Assembly (NCBI GenBank): GCA_963807105.1
Contig: CAWEAM010000010.1
Coordinates: 324,773 to 388,772, forward strand
DNA from: an uncultured Acidobacteriota bacterium
Lineage (GTDB): Bacteria > Acidobacteriota > Vicinamibacteria > Vicinamibacterales > UBA2999
DNA: 64,000 bases
Direction: 5' to 3'
This document shows, piece by piece, positions 20,677 through 30,743 of this stretch. The notes under the pieces are model-generated. The model worked only from the letters and a program-made list of their open reading frames with translations, did not search any database and was not told the DNA's origin. Position 1 is the stretch's first letter. Each line of letters opens with the position of its first letter. A program made the translations under genes and the position numbers.

Positions 20677-23646
20677 TCAGAACTTCAGCAGAACGCCGAA
20701 CTTGAAGAGGCGGCCCGCCAGAACTGCCAGCGGTTGCTGCCAGTTCGCGCCGTACGTATTGTTGACTGCGATGACGGCGTTGTTGTTTAACAGGTTGTAA
20801 ACGTCGAACTGCAACTGGATGCGAGCCTGAGCATGCAGTGAGATCTCCTTGATGCCGCGCACGTCCACCTGGTGTAGCCGTTCACCGAACATTGTGCCTG
20901 GCGCGACCAGTGGAACGCTCACCGTCCGCGCGTTGCCCGAGAGCGGGCGCCCCAACCCCATCACCGCCGCCGCCGGGGCTGACCAAGTAGCGGTGATTTG
21001 CGGTCCCGGTAGACTCTGGTACGCCGCACTCGCTTTGATGCCCCACCACGGCAGAGGGTAGATTCCGGAAAGCTTGATTTGCGTCTGAAACGGCGGCCTC
21101 ACGTCGCAGAATCGGAGTTCCTGCGGAGAGTCGATGACAAAGCATCTATTCGTCGCGATGCGCCCTGTGTTCGTGCCTCCCTGGAACGAGATACCGCCAG
21201 GGAGTCGCGCACTCGCGACCACATCGACTCCATCATAGACTTCTGTCTGCTCCCCAAATCTCGTATCCAGCGTCACGATATTGTCGTTTCTCCCGAACTT
21301 CGTCGGTGTGATGTTATACAGTCCACATATCAGGTTGCCGCCGCCATCAGGCAGTCGCGCGTCCACTGGACCCGTAACACAGAACTCATCGAACTCCGAG
21401 GGCTCCCATAGCAGGTTATCGGTCACCCTGAAATTCCCTCGCGTGCGACGATAGTACCCCACATTGAGCGCCAGACCCTGTCGTAACTCGTGCTGAAGGC
21501 TTACGGACGTCTCCCAATTCTTCTCCCGCGTATTCCAACCGGTGACAGTATGGTCCGCATAACTAGTGCCGACCCGGTCCGTGCCGAAGTTGGTGTTCGA
21601 ACTCGCGCCCAACTCGTTTTCCTGGGGGATGAAATCGCCGTTGTCCGTCCAAGAACGGGTCGTGCGAGTATTGCTCGTCGCCAGAGGCGGGTTGACCGCT
21701 CCAGCGATTCCCGTGGCCATCGCTTCCACATATCGGCCCAGGTTCCACTTCAGTATCGTCCTGCCTGTACCGGACACGTCGTACGCCAAGCCCAGTCGCG
21801 GTGCGATGTCTTTCCAGTTCGGCAGATCCTCGTATGCCGGATAGTCCCGCGCAGGCGAAAACCTCGATGCCGGTACATGCTGCGCCGGGACGTCTCCGTT
21901 CAAGTAGTCAAACCGTACGCCTAAGTTCGCCGTCAGGGGTCCGATAGTGACCTGATCTTGCATGAAGATGCCAAGGTTAAGCCTCACTCGGTCGATGGCT
22001 GTGTTCGGTATGAAGTAATTGACTGCGGTCGGCACGTCGTTGTTAAACGTGTAAGTAACGTCAGTATACTCGTGCAGCCGTCCAGAGCTCTCAGAGACAT
22101 CGTAGTAATGCATGTCCTCTGTTTTGCCCCAAAAGTAGTTCGTTGTCCTGCGCCGCCCAAAGACCCATTGCGTGCCGGCCTTGAGCATGTGAGAGCCTGT
22201 GACGTACGAGACTGTGGCCTTTCCCGGGAACATCTTCATGATCCATCTATTATCGTTCCCGTGCGCGCGGAACGTGACACCCCTTCCAGTGTCGGTCACT
22301 TGAATGTTGTCCAAGGCCGCGTTTAAATCCTGTCCGTAGAAGACATCCTCGGCCCGGTAGGCCTGGCCCGCCTCGACCAAGAGGTGATTACTGACGGTCC
22401 AAGTCCACGTGCCGTACCAGAGGTCGTTGACAGGCCAGAAACGATTCCTTGCTGCCTCGACGGACAAGCTCGGGCTCACCTGCGTACCGTCGGTACCGCC
22501 GGCCAAGTGGTCGTAATACAGCACCAGTTTGTTCGACCGGTTCGCCTGCAGCGTAAGACGAAGATTGTTGGCAGTGACGTAAACGCGATTCTCAGCCGGG
22601 CGCGTCAAGTCTGGCGTAAACACCCAATCCTCGGGATTCAAGTCGTAGTAGGCACCCGGAGGGCGATCTGTCGACCCCCATTTTCTAAAGCTGTAGTAAA
22701 ACCACAGCCTATCGCGCTTGATCGGACCGCCGAACGCCGGGTTGAAATCGTAGATCTTAGTTGTCAAATAGCGGGACAAACCCCAGGCTGTCAGTGAGTC
22801 GTCTAAGTTATCGCTCTGTAACTCATCGTTAGCGTAGGCGGCAGCAAACGAGCCAGAAAACCTGTTGCCTCCCTGCCTCGGGATAATATTAATCAGGACG
22901 CCACTCGACTCCGTATCAGCGGCAAATCCCGAGGTTTCGAAGACCATCTCTTCGACCATTCCCGCGTTGGCGACCCACCCGTTCGAACCGCCACCACCCG
23001 ACCCAAGAGCGTTGTGCACCCGTATGCCGTCCAGCAACGTCCGCATGTCTCCCGGTCTACTGCCATGGAACGTCAGCGTGGCGTTGCGCTCGCCGGATGA
23101 ACCGCCGACGTCCTGTGTGTTCAACGTGCCTGTGAAACCGGCGACCGACACGCCGGGTATGAGGACTCCGAGATTGTTGTAAGTCTTCGCTGTGGGCAGT
23201 TCATCGATGGCCGTCTCCGTGAACGTTTGGTTCTGCGCCGTATTGCGAGTGTCAATAATCGGAGTCAGCCCGGAGACCGTAATTGTCTCCTCGACCGCAC
23301 CAACCGCAAGTTCGGCGTTCACGGTCATCAAGAAACCAGCCGTCAATTCAAGTCCGTCCCTCCTTAGTGAGCTGAAACCGGAAACAGTAAAACTCACGGT
23401 GTACAGGCCTGGGCGCAAATCAACAATTTGATACAGCCCTTGATCGTCAGTGACCGCGACCCGCACCCGTTCGATAAGGGCCGGACTGGAAGCCTCGACC
23501 ATGACGCCAGGCAGGGGCAAGCCACTGGTGTCCCTCACGACGCCCGCGATTGTGCCAGCTAGCTGATTCTGGGCCGCCGATTGGTGGGGGAACAAGCACA
23601 CCATCGCCGCTATACTCAACGCAGTCAACCTAAGGGCCCGGCTCAT
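20677..23646 (-). CDS. TonB-dependent receptor (carboxypeptidase-regulatory N-domain)
   Basis: Signal peptide, IAGVVRDTSGLPLPGV, DLRPGLY, APRLGLAYD, C-terminal F. Confidence 0.9.
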   Translation of the reverse strand: MSRALRLTALSIAAMVCLFPHQSAAQNQLAGTIAGVVRDTSGLPLPGVMVEASSPALIERVRVAVTDDQGLYQIVDLRPGLYTVSFTVSGFSSLRRDGLELTAGFLMTVNAELAVGAVEETITVSGLTPIIDTRNTAQNQTFTETAIDELPTAKTYNNLGVLIPGVSVAGFTGTLNTQDVGGSSGERNATLTFHGSRPGDMRTLLDGIRVHNALGSGGGGSNGWVANAGMVEEMVFETSGFAADTESSGVLINIIPRQGGNRFSGSFAAAYANDELQSDNLDDSLTAWGLSRYLTTKIYDFNPAFGGPIKRDRLWFYYSFRKWGSTDRPPGAYYDLNPEDWVFTPDLTRPAENRVYVTANNLRLTLQANRSNKLVLYYDHLAGGTDGTQVSPSLSVEAARNRFWPVNDLWYGTWTWTVSNHLLVEAGQAYRAEDVFYGQDLNAALDNIQVTDTGRGVTFRAHGNDNRWIMKMFPGKATVSYVTGSHMLKAGTQWVFGRRRTTNYFWGKTEDMHYYDVSESSGRLHEYTDVTYTFNNDVPTAVNYFIPNTAIDRVRLNLGIFMQDQVTIGPLTANLGVRFDYLNGDVPAQHVPASRFSPARDYPAYEDLPNWKDIAPRLGLAYDVSGTGRTILKWNLGRYVEAMATGIAGAVNPPLATSNTRTTRSWTDNGDFIPQENELGASSNTNFGTDRVGTSYADHTVTGWNTREKNWETSVSLQHELRQGLALNVGYYRRTRGNFRVTDNLLWEPSEFDEFCVTGPVDARLPDGGGNLICGLYNITPTKFGRNDNIVTLDTRFGEQTEVYDGVDVVASARLPGGISFQGGTNTGRIATNRCFVIDSPQELRFCDVRPPFQTQIKLSGIYPLPWWGIKASAAYQSLPGPQITATWSAPAAAVMGLGRPLSGNARTVSVPLVAPGTMFGERLHQVDVRGIKEISLHAQARIQLQFDVYNLLNNNAVIAVNNTYGANWQQPLAVLAGRLFKFGVLLKF

Positions 23647-23665
23647 CGCATCACCCTCCGATCCC

Positions 23666-24560
23666 CTACATATGCGACTTATACCAATCCACGATTTCGG
23701 AACCGCTCGCTTTCCACACACTTCCAGATTTGCTGATATGGGCGAGCGCCGCATCCAAGTATTTGCTCCGCCAGGGCTGCCCCATAATCCAGGGATGAAG
23801 ATTGATGACCATTACCCGTCCCGTCTTGGCGCCGTCCCGCTGCAGGCCGTCGAACGTGTCTTGAATGATTTGACAATACTCGCCGATTAGCTTACGCCCC
23901 GTGTAATGAATAAAGTCGTCGTCTAGATCTAAATCAACACCGAGCGAAAACAACTCTCCCTCCGGCACCTTCATGCGATAGGGTTGCTCGTCGTTGGACC
24001 AATCGCACACGTAACGAATCCCTTCCGCAGCCAGAAGCGCAGGCGTGTTCATCGACTCCTGGCAGTTAGGGCTGAGCCAGCCAATGGGTGCTTTCCCCAT
24101 CACTGTCGTCAGGGCGGCGATGGATTCGCGTATGTACGTGCGCTCCACCTCGATAGACATTCCGGCGTGGATCGTCCGCCTTGCAGACACCCCGTGGCCA
24201 ATCACTTCGACGCCACGGCTTTTGCACTCTCTAACGAGAAACGGATAACTTTCCGCAACCAGCCTGTCCATGGCGATCGTTGGCCGGACGCCGTACTTAT
24301 CAAGAATGCGCCACAGCCTGAATACCCCAACCCGGTTGCCGTACCTCGTGCATGGAAAACCCGGCCAGGTCCGGGCGAAAAGGCCCAGTCGATCCTCCGG
24401 GCTCGTTTGATGGCAGCTGCCAATCCCAATGCTCGAGATTCAGAATGACGGCCAGCGCCACCCGCGCGTTATTTGGCCACCGCAGCGGTGCGCGCTTGAC
24501 AATAGGAGACCAGTCGTAATAGCCGTGATCCTGACCGTACCTGCGTTCTCCAGGCGGCAT
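23666..24560 (-). CDS. Polysaccharide deacetylase / PuuE-like protein, frameshifted (~24340, ~24280)
   Basis: YDWSPI..R..LRWPNNARVA, IGHG, GWLSP, DWSNDEQPY, LHPWIMGQP; TGATG coupling to the upstream paralog. Confidence 0.82.
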
Positions 24561-25633
24561 CAGACTAGTCCTTTCTGCTTTTGCTGCGACAGGTGGGCCA
24601 CTACCTTGTCGTAGTAGTTTGCCAGGTAGTATTCCGCAATGTCGTCGGCCGTCGTGTACCACACCCTGTCGTGCGACTTGATGTACTTGAATGCGTCGTC
24701 AAGATATTTGGCGCGATGCGCCTTACCTATCCAGTAAGGGTGCAACGACACACACATCACTGTGCCTGTGTCGGCGCCCTCCGCGTAGAGTACGTCAAAC
24801 TGATCTTTAATCATCTGACAAAAGTATGCGGCGTCTCTCTGGAGACTGAGCACCCGGCTGTCATTGGTTTGAAACGTGTACGGCACGTGAATGAACTTAT
24901 TCCCGTTCTTGACTTTCATCGGAAACGGCTGATCATCACACGCCCAATCCGTGTGGTACAGCAGCCCAAACTCCGCCATCACATCCGGGGTATTTACTGA
25001 ATTGCCGCCACCGGCGCCTAATCTGCCCTTTAATTGTTTCCCCGTATGTTTCTTTACCGTGGCAATCATGTCCCGCCAGTACGCGCGTTCGTCTTCGAGC
25101 GAATAAGCTGTGATAGGACGTGTGTTGTAGAATCCGTGCGCCATGTAGTCCCAGTTCCGCTCGACCATGGCATCACGAACCTCCGGACAGTGCTCAAGCA
25201 CGGCGGCATTCAGGCACACGCAGCAGCGTATGTTGTACTTGTCAGTTATCTCCAACATTCGCCAGAAGCCGACTCGGTTGCCATAGTCGCGATAGGAATA
25301 GCTTGGAATGTCCGGTGCGGTGGGTCTGCTTAGCGGCGTGTACTCATACCATTCAATGTTCGGGGCGACCCAGAAGGCAACCCGCGCATTGTTGGGCCAT
25401 CTAATTCTGGGCCGATCTGTAATTGGCAGATAGTCGAAGCGATCCGGAGCCAGCGCTTGTGTCGTCCGGTCTTGGCCGCCTAAGTCTAGGTTCAAGGGAT
25501 GCAGCCCGAAGATCCCGGGGGCGTTGAGCCCAGCTAGAGTGAGCTTACCTGTGCGGTCCAAAAAAGACCGCCGGCTTATGTACTCCGAGTCCACGGTTGA
25601 CTCCCGCGATATCGTCGACTTCTTCTTTGCCAT
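24560..25633 (-). CDS. Polysaccharide deacetylase / PuuE-like protein with Tat-like leader
   Basis: SRRSFL; RIRWPNNARVAFWVAPNIEWY, DYGNRVGFWR, DWACDDQP, LHPYWIG. Confidence 0.88.
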   Translation of the reverse strand: MAKKKSTISRESTVDSEYISRRSFLDRTGKLTLAGLNAPGIFGLHPLNLDLGGQDRTTQALAPDRFDYLPITDRPRIRWPNNARVAFWVAPNIEWYEYTPLSRPTAPDIPSYSYRDYGNRVGFWRMLEITDKYNIRCCVCLNAAVLEHCPEVRDAMVERNWDYMAHGFYNTRPITAYSLEDERAYWRDMIATVKKHTGKQLKGRLGAGGGNSVNTPDVMAEFGLLYHTDWACDDQPFPMKVKNGNKFIHVPYTFQTNDSRVLSLQRDAAYFCQMIKDQFDVLYAEGADTGTVMCVSLHPYWIGKAHRAKYLDDAFKYIKSHDRVWYTTADDIAEYYLANYYDKVVAHLSQQKQKGLV

Positions 25634-25719
25634 CGGAGCTGCCTCATTCAAGAACGCGCATCGGCCATGGACATCATGAAATGTCGCATCGGTCGCGTGT
25701 CCCTGCCTGCACGCTGCCT

Positions 25720-27396
25720 TCACTCCCCCGATTTCTCAGCCGCTGCCGCTTTGCCAGCCACGCGCCCGGTCACGACGTATGACCCCAACTTGCCATGCCC
25801 GCGCGCGGCGCCGAACATCCCGCCAGCGAACTCACCCGCACCATAAAGGCGCGGAATAACCGCCTCCTGATCAATCGGCACACTCGGTGAGGCACCGCTA
25901 TCCACAAGCTGAAAAGCTTGGTCGATAACCTGCATTTTCGTGTTCACTCGGATGCCACTCGACTGATCGGCGAACAGCGGTGACATTTTGGCAGCATAAA
26001 ATGGCGGTTTGACAATCGGCATGTACGGCCGTGGACGGCCAAAGTCTGTGTCGACCAGCAGGTTGTAACGGGTAATCGTTGCTTGGAGACCTTCGCCCGG
26101 AACCGCGATTTTGGTGGCCAATTCCGCCAAGCTATTGGCGGTGGCAATCAACTTTGGATCAACGTACGGAACCTTCTGCGCTCCGGGATCCGTAAACTGT
26201 TCGGGCCTCCAGCCGATGATGAGCGCGCCGGCCGAATCAGCGATCCCCCATACATTGCGCGGTCGCTTCGGCAACTGCAAAAATGCCTGTACGCCTGGAT
26301 GTGAAATTTCCGCATTGGTATTGAAGGTGTACTCATTGACAAATCTCTTGCCGTCATTGTCAATCAGGATTCCAGCGTTGTTCCGACTCGGAAACCCCAG
26401 CCCAGCCCGGCCAAACGGCGTTTCTGGGGTCTGCGGCTCCCACACGAACACTTGGGAACTGCCAAAGATCATCCACAGGTTCGGCGGGGATGAGGCATCC
26501 GCAAGACCAGCGCCCACGCGCATACTCGCCAGATGAGCGTCGCCGGTGTTTTGGGTATACGGCGCACCGGCCCAACTCCAGGCCTCATCGAGGAGTGGGT
26601 GCAGCGCGCGAAGCATCCTGTGGTTTGCGTTGTACCCACCGGTCGCTAGAACAACTGCCCGCTTGGCTCTGAACTGGAGGATGCGATCAGCGTGCTGCAC
26701 CTGAATCCCGCGTACAGGACCCCTGGGCTCTGGTCTCATGAGCGAGAGCAGCTTGTGCTCTAGCTTGATCGGAATCTGACGTCTGACCGCATGTTGGTTG
26801 AATACATCGATGAGGCTGACACCGCCTGCACCCCTGTACGTCGGGGACGCCACGGGTGTAATAGTGCGTCGCACGCGACAATCCGGCGTCTGCAATCGAG
26901 GTGTTGGACTCCAGACGATCCCCAGCTTTTCGAGCCAGAGAGCCGTGTCCGCTGCGCGCTCAACAAACACTTTGAGAATTTCTGGCACTCCTCTGTGTTC
27001 GCCATTCTCGAAGTAATCCTCACATGCCCATTCGACATGGTCCTCAATGCCAGCATTGTTCTGAATATGACTGGCTGGCATTTGGAGATCGCCGTTCGAG
27101 TGAATTGTCCGGCCACCGAACCACTTCGCTTTGTCGATCATCAATACAGAGGCACCGGCATCCTTCGCTTCGATGGCGGCAGCGTACCCAGCGGCACCGG
27201 TTCCCACGACGATGACGTCCGCCTCCTCATCCCACTTCTCCCGTGCTGGTTGCGCCGCTGCCGGACGTGGCACGAGCGCCGCCACGCCGCCGGCCGTCAC
27301 AGTGGCGCCGACTGCCGCAGCCTGTTGAACAAACTTCCGCCGCTCGATTCCTGTCAGTTCCTTACTGCCCTTCGCGGTCGAATCTTTTGACGACAT
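25720..27396 (-). CDS. Tat-exported FAD oxidoreductase (flavocytochrome c/FrdA superfamily)
   Basis: ERRKFV leader; DVIVVGTGAAG, VVLATGGY, NTGD, GKRFVNE, RLYGAGE. Confidence 0.88.
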   Translation of the reverse strand: MSSKDSTAKGSKELTGIERRKFVQQAAAVGATVTAGGVAALVPRPAAAQPAREKWDEEADVIVVGTGAAGYAAAIEAKDAGASVLMIDKAKWFGGRTIHSNGDLQMPASHIQNNAGIEDHVEWACEDYFENGEHRGVPEILKVFVERAADTALWLEKLGIVWSPTPRLQTPDCRVRRTITPVASPTYRGAGGVSLIDVFNQHAVRRQIPIKLEHKLLSLMRPEPRGPVRGIQVQHADRILQFRAKRAVVLATGGYNANHRMLRALHPLLDEAWSWAGAPYTQNTGDAHLASMRVGAGLADASSPPNLWMIFGSSQVFVWEPQTPETPFGRAGLGFPSRNNAGILIDNDGKRFVNEYTFNTNAEISHPGVQAFLQLPKRPRNVWGIADSAGALIIGWRPEQFTDPGAQKVPYVDPKLIATANSLAELATKIAVPGEGLQATITRYNLLVDTDFGRPRPYMPIVKPPFYAAKMSPLFADQSSGIRVNTKMQVIDQAFQLVDSGASPSVPIDQEAVIPRLYGAGEFAGGMFGAARGHGKLGSYVVTGRVAGKAAAAEKSGE

Positions 27397-27530
27397 AGGC
27401 CGCCTTCCAGCGAGGCGTCAGCGCCTCATACTTTCAGTGCATGACTCGGCGCAGCAGAGCCCGCCGAGCCTCGATGCTGGCCCACTCCAGCAACGCCGCA
27501 CCTAACAAGCCGCTCTGCGCGTGCAGACCG

Positions 27531-29161
27531 TCAATACTTGAGCGACTCACCGGGGAGCGCCGGCGTATTCGACGGCCATTTCCGCTTCAATCCGTTCTGT
27601 TCCCAGGCAAACGCAAGTTTGATCAATCGGCCCTCGTCGAACGGCCGACCCAGAAAGTCCATGCCGATGGGGACTCCGTCAGGCGCATTCGGCATCGGAT
27701 TCGATACCCGGCAGGAACGTCAATCGCCGGTAGCATTCCCATGGACGCCAAAAAACCGTTACGATCCGCGTTCGGTTGACCATGCTCGGCGACCAGGCGT
27801 TGCTGTAGCGGATATACCATTGCGTCGAGGGAATTCTTGTCCATGACATCAACAAGCAATCGCCGGAACTCGTGCATCTTGAGCAACCGACGCTGGTACT
27901 CTTCGAAGAATTGGGGTCCTGAGTGTGCCTGCCGCTCGCGAAGACGCGGCTCGATTCTCGGATCGTATTTGCCCTTTGCCTTTTGCAAGAACTCGGCCGG
28001 CGAGCGGTACGGCGACGTCGGTCCAAGCTCCGAGAACCACACATTCATCAAATCCCAGCACTCGTACTGGTCAACACCGATTCGATTGAACCCATAGTCG
28101 TTCATGTTCGGAATTCGAATCGGAACAACAGTTGCGCCGAGACTAGTTAACCGTGCGGTTGCCTCGTTAAACACACGATTGACTTCCGCGTGTTCCGGCC
28201 GATCGCCAAACAACTCAGTCACGACGCCAAAACGGGCGCCCTTTAACCCATTCGCGTCCAGAAAGCTCGTGTAAGTCTTGGGAATGTTCCCCAGGGCGAG
28301 TCGCGTCATGAAATCACGCGGATCAAATCCAGCCATGGCATCGAGCAGGTATGCGAGGTCGGATACTGATCGGGCAAGTGGGCCGCAGGCATTGTGCGAA
28401 AGCGAACTCGGCAGCACACCAGCACAACTTACGACACCGATCGTCGGTTTCATCGCGATGAGTCCACCTGCCGATGCAGGTGATCGAACCGATTGGCTAT
28501 TGTCAGTACCCGTTCCGATCGGCGCGAAGTTGGCCGCCAACGCAGCCCCCGTGCCGGAACTCGACTCTCCTGGCGTCCTTGTCAAATCCCATGGATTGGA
28601 GGTGCGTCCACCCAGAGACGAGTCCAGCGCCGCCGTAACGAGCTCCGTAAGGTTGGTCTTGCCAAAAATGATGGCCCCGGCCGCTCGAAGACGCTGCACG
28701 ACAAAAGCCTCGTGAACTGGATAGACGTCTTTCAGTGCGATCGACGCTCCGGTGGTGGGAAGGTCTGATGTATTGAACGCGTCTTTCAGCACTACCGGAA
28801 TGCCGTGTAAGGGGCTCCGCCTCCCTTTTGTGAGACGTTCCTCATCCAGCTCCCGTGCAACCGCCACTGCGTTCTTATTGATGTTGATGAACGCATTTAT
28901 GTTCGGCCCCTCGTTTTCGTACGCCGCGATGCGCGCCAGATACATGCCGACAAGCTTCTCGGATGTGAGGGCGCCCGTGTCGAACGCCGCGTTGATGGCG
29001 TCAATCGTTGCGCGTTCAAGGGTAAAGTCGCGGGTCGCTACGCGGGTGGTCGGGCGCGACTGCTCGTCGGTGTCGCCGCGCACCGGTACGCGCGCGATGG
29101 ACAAGGCGGAGAAACCGCCGAGCAGAGCAAGAGCGATGAGCGGAAACTTCGAGCGGTCCAT
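27531..29161 (-). CDS. Exported amidase-signature enzyme, frameshift near 27705
   Basis: LHGIPVVLKD, GKTNL, TPGESSSG, GTDNSQSVRSPA; C-terminus GVPIGMDFLGRPFDEGRLI in another frame. Confidence 0.88.
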
Positions 29162-29224
29162 GCGGCAGCCGTCACGGTTCGTGTGTCCCACAGCCGGGCA
29201 TGCCGCCCGTTTCTACCACCGTGT

Positions 29225-29234
29225 TTGTATACAA
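29225..29234. promoter_or_regulatory. GntR/MatR-type operator
   Basis: Perfect palindrome TTGTATACAA ~65 nt upstream of the amidase start. Confidence 0.7.
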
Positions 29235-29346
29235 GTCAACAGAATAGCCGGACGATTTGGCCGAATGCTGTATATTTTGGAAGCTCAGCCGACTCTTCCC
29301 ATGTCAGGGCAATGGCGGCGATTAGGCTGAGAAGCGACTTCTGGCT

Positions 29347-29830
29347 TTAGCGGGGAACGGCGTGAAGCATCGCCATCGGATCAGCGAATCGTTCGCCCTG
29401 TACGAGGACATGCTGACGCTGAAGATCCGGCGCCGAGCTCCGCCTCGCCGATCCTAGGGCCTTTACGATTTTCTCGTGCTCGGCGAAGGACGTCACGATG
29501 CGGTCGCGGACGCGCAGCTGTAGCCGCCGCTGCGGACGCAAGCGCTTGTGCAGCATCGAGGCCTGCTCGCTGAGAAACGAGTTATGGCTGCCGCTATAGA
29601 TGACCTGATGGAACTGCTCATTGCTTGAGTGGTACTCTTGTTTTGTCATCCGCCCCGCGGCAAGACGGCAACCAAGAGCCTCCAACCCGGCCATAACCTG
29701 AACCATTTTCTACCACTGGGCGGGGCGACACCTCTGGAACCGTGGCCCCACGCCGGGGACGCATCTCAACGCTGCCGACGGACGCCAACTGGATCAGCTC
29801 TTCATAGATAGGCGTCCGAGACCGCAAACT
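29347..29830 (-). pseudogene. GntR (FCD) regulator, decayed paralog of 42350-43096
   Basis: SRTPIYEELIQLAS.G.VEMRPRRGA, then IYSGSHNSFLSEQASMLHKRLRP.RRLQLRVRDR; frameshift and deletions. Confidence 0.8.
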
Positions 29831-30006
29831 GTTCTGCTAGTGCACTTTTCGTCGAGGCGGAACCCTTGGCGAAAGCTCACCGGTCGCGATTTTTTCTGCA
29901 ATCGTGTCGCGTAACTCGCCGGTTTGGATTCTTTTGTCGCCATTTTTGTATGCAACTAGGTGCGTCCACAATCTCGGCAAAGCCCAGCACCTCGAGGACC
30001 ATTTCT

Positions 30007-30315
30007 ATGGACCCCACACAGCTGACGGACTTCGCCACCCGCTATGCGGCAGCCTGGAGCAGTCAGAATCCAGGAAGTTTGGCGGCGTTCTACGCCGGGA
30101 ATGGATCACTCACCGTCAATGACGGTGAGCCGTCTGTCGGACGCGCGGCCATCACGGCGACGGCAAGGGGTTACATGACGGCATTTCCTGACATGGTCGT
30201 GAAGATGGACCGCGTGAGTCAGGAGGGCGGCCACGCGGTTTTTCATTGGACGTGGACAGGAACGAACAGCGGCCCTGGAGGCAGCGGCAAGTCTGTTCGC
30301 ATTAGCGGCTACGCC
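30007..30315 (+). pseudogene. SnoaL-like ester cyclase, 3'-truncated
   Basis: FATRYAAAWSSQNP, FHWTWTGTN.GPGG.GK.VRISGY, then similarity ends. Confidence 0.7.
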
Positions 30316-30446
30316 GCTCCATCCGTGGGCCGGTTTGCTCCAACGGATTCTGTGTGCGGTGTGGTTTGCGTGCATGATCGTCCTCGCAATCCGCCTGCGA
30401 CGAAATGACGACACAATCGTGTGTCGTACAACGAAATAAATGGTGA

Positions 30447-30704
30447 CTACTTCAACAGCACGACCACGCCTGTAACGACCAGCGCGCCTGCCCATAACCA
30501 GTCCACGTTGAACCAGGCTTTCCGAAGCAGGCCCAAGCCGAGTCTTCGGTACACCAGCCACGCAGCCAGCGCCATCACCGTGAAATACGCCAGCGTGTGG
30601 AGACCGACCGCCACCGCGGCGACGTTCACACTCGCGGCGCCCACGTGATGCGCGTGGCCGTGGCCGGCGGCTGTCACGGTCGACGGGCTCACCGCCGGCG
30701 ACAT
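30447..30704 (-). pseudogene. C-terminal fragment of a membrane protein
   Basis: His-rich linker, AVGLHTL...VYRRLGLGLLRKAWFNVDWLWAGAL; N-terminal helices apparently absent. Confidence 0.5.
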
Positions 30705-30743
30705 GGCGCAAAGGGGCGCTCGGCGCGACCTGAAGATTGTTGC

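Noticed and set aside
25720..27396. Fumarate reductase/succinate dehydrogenase call
   Set aside because: Catalytic His motifs absent, and no Fe-S or anchor subunits nearby.
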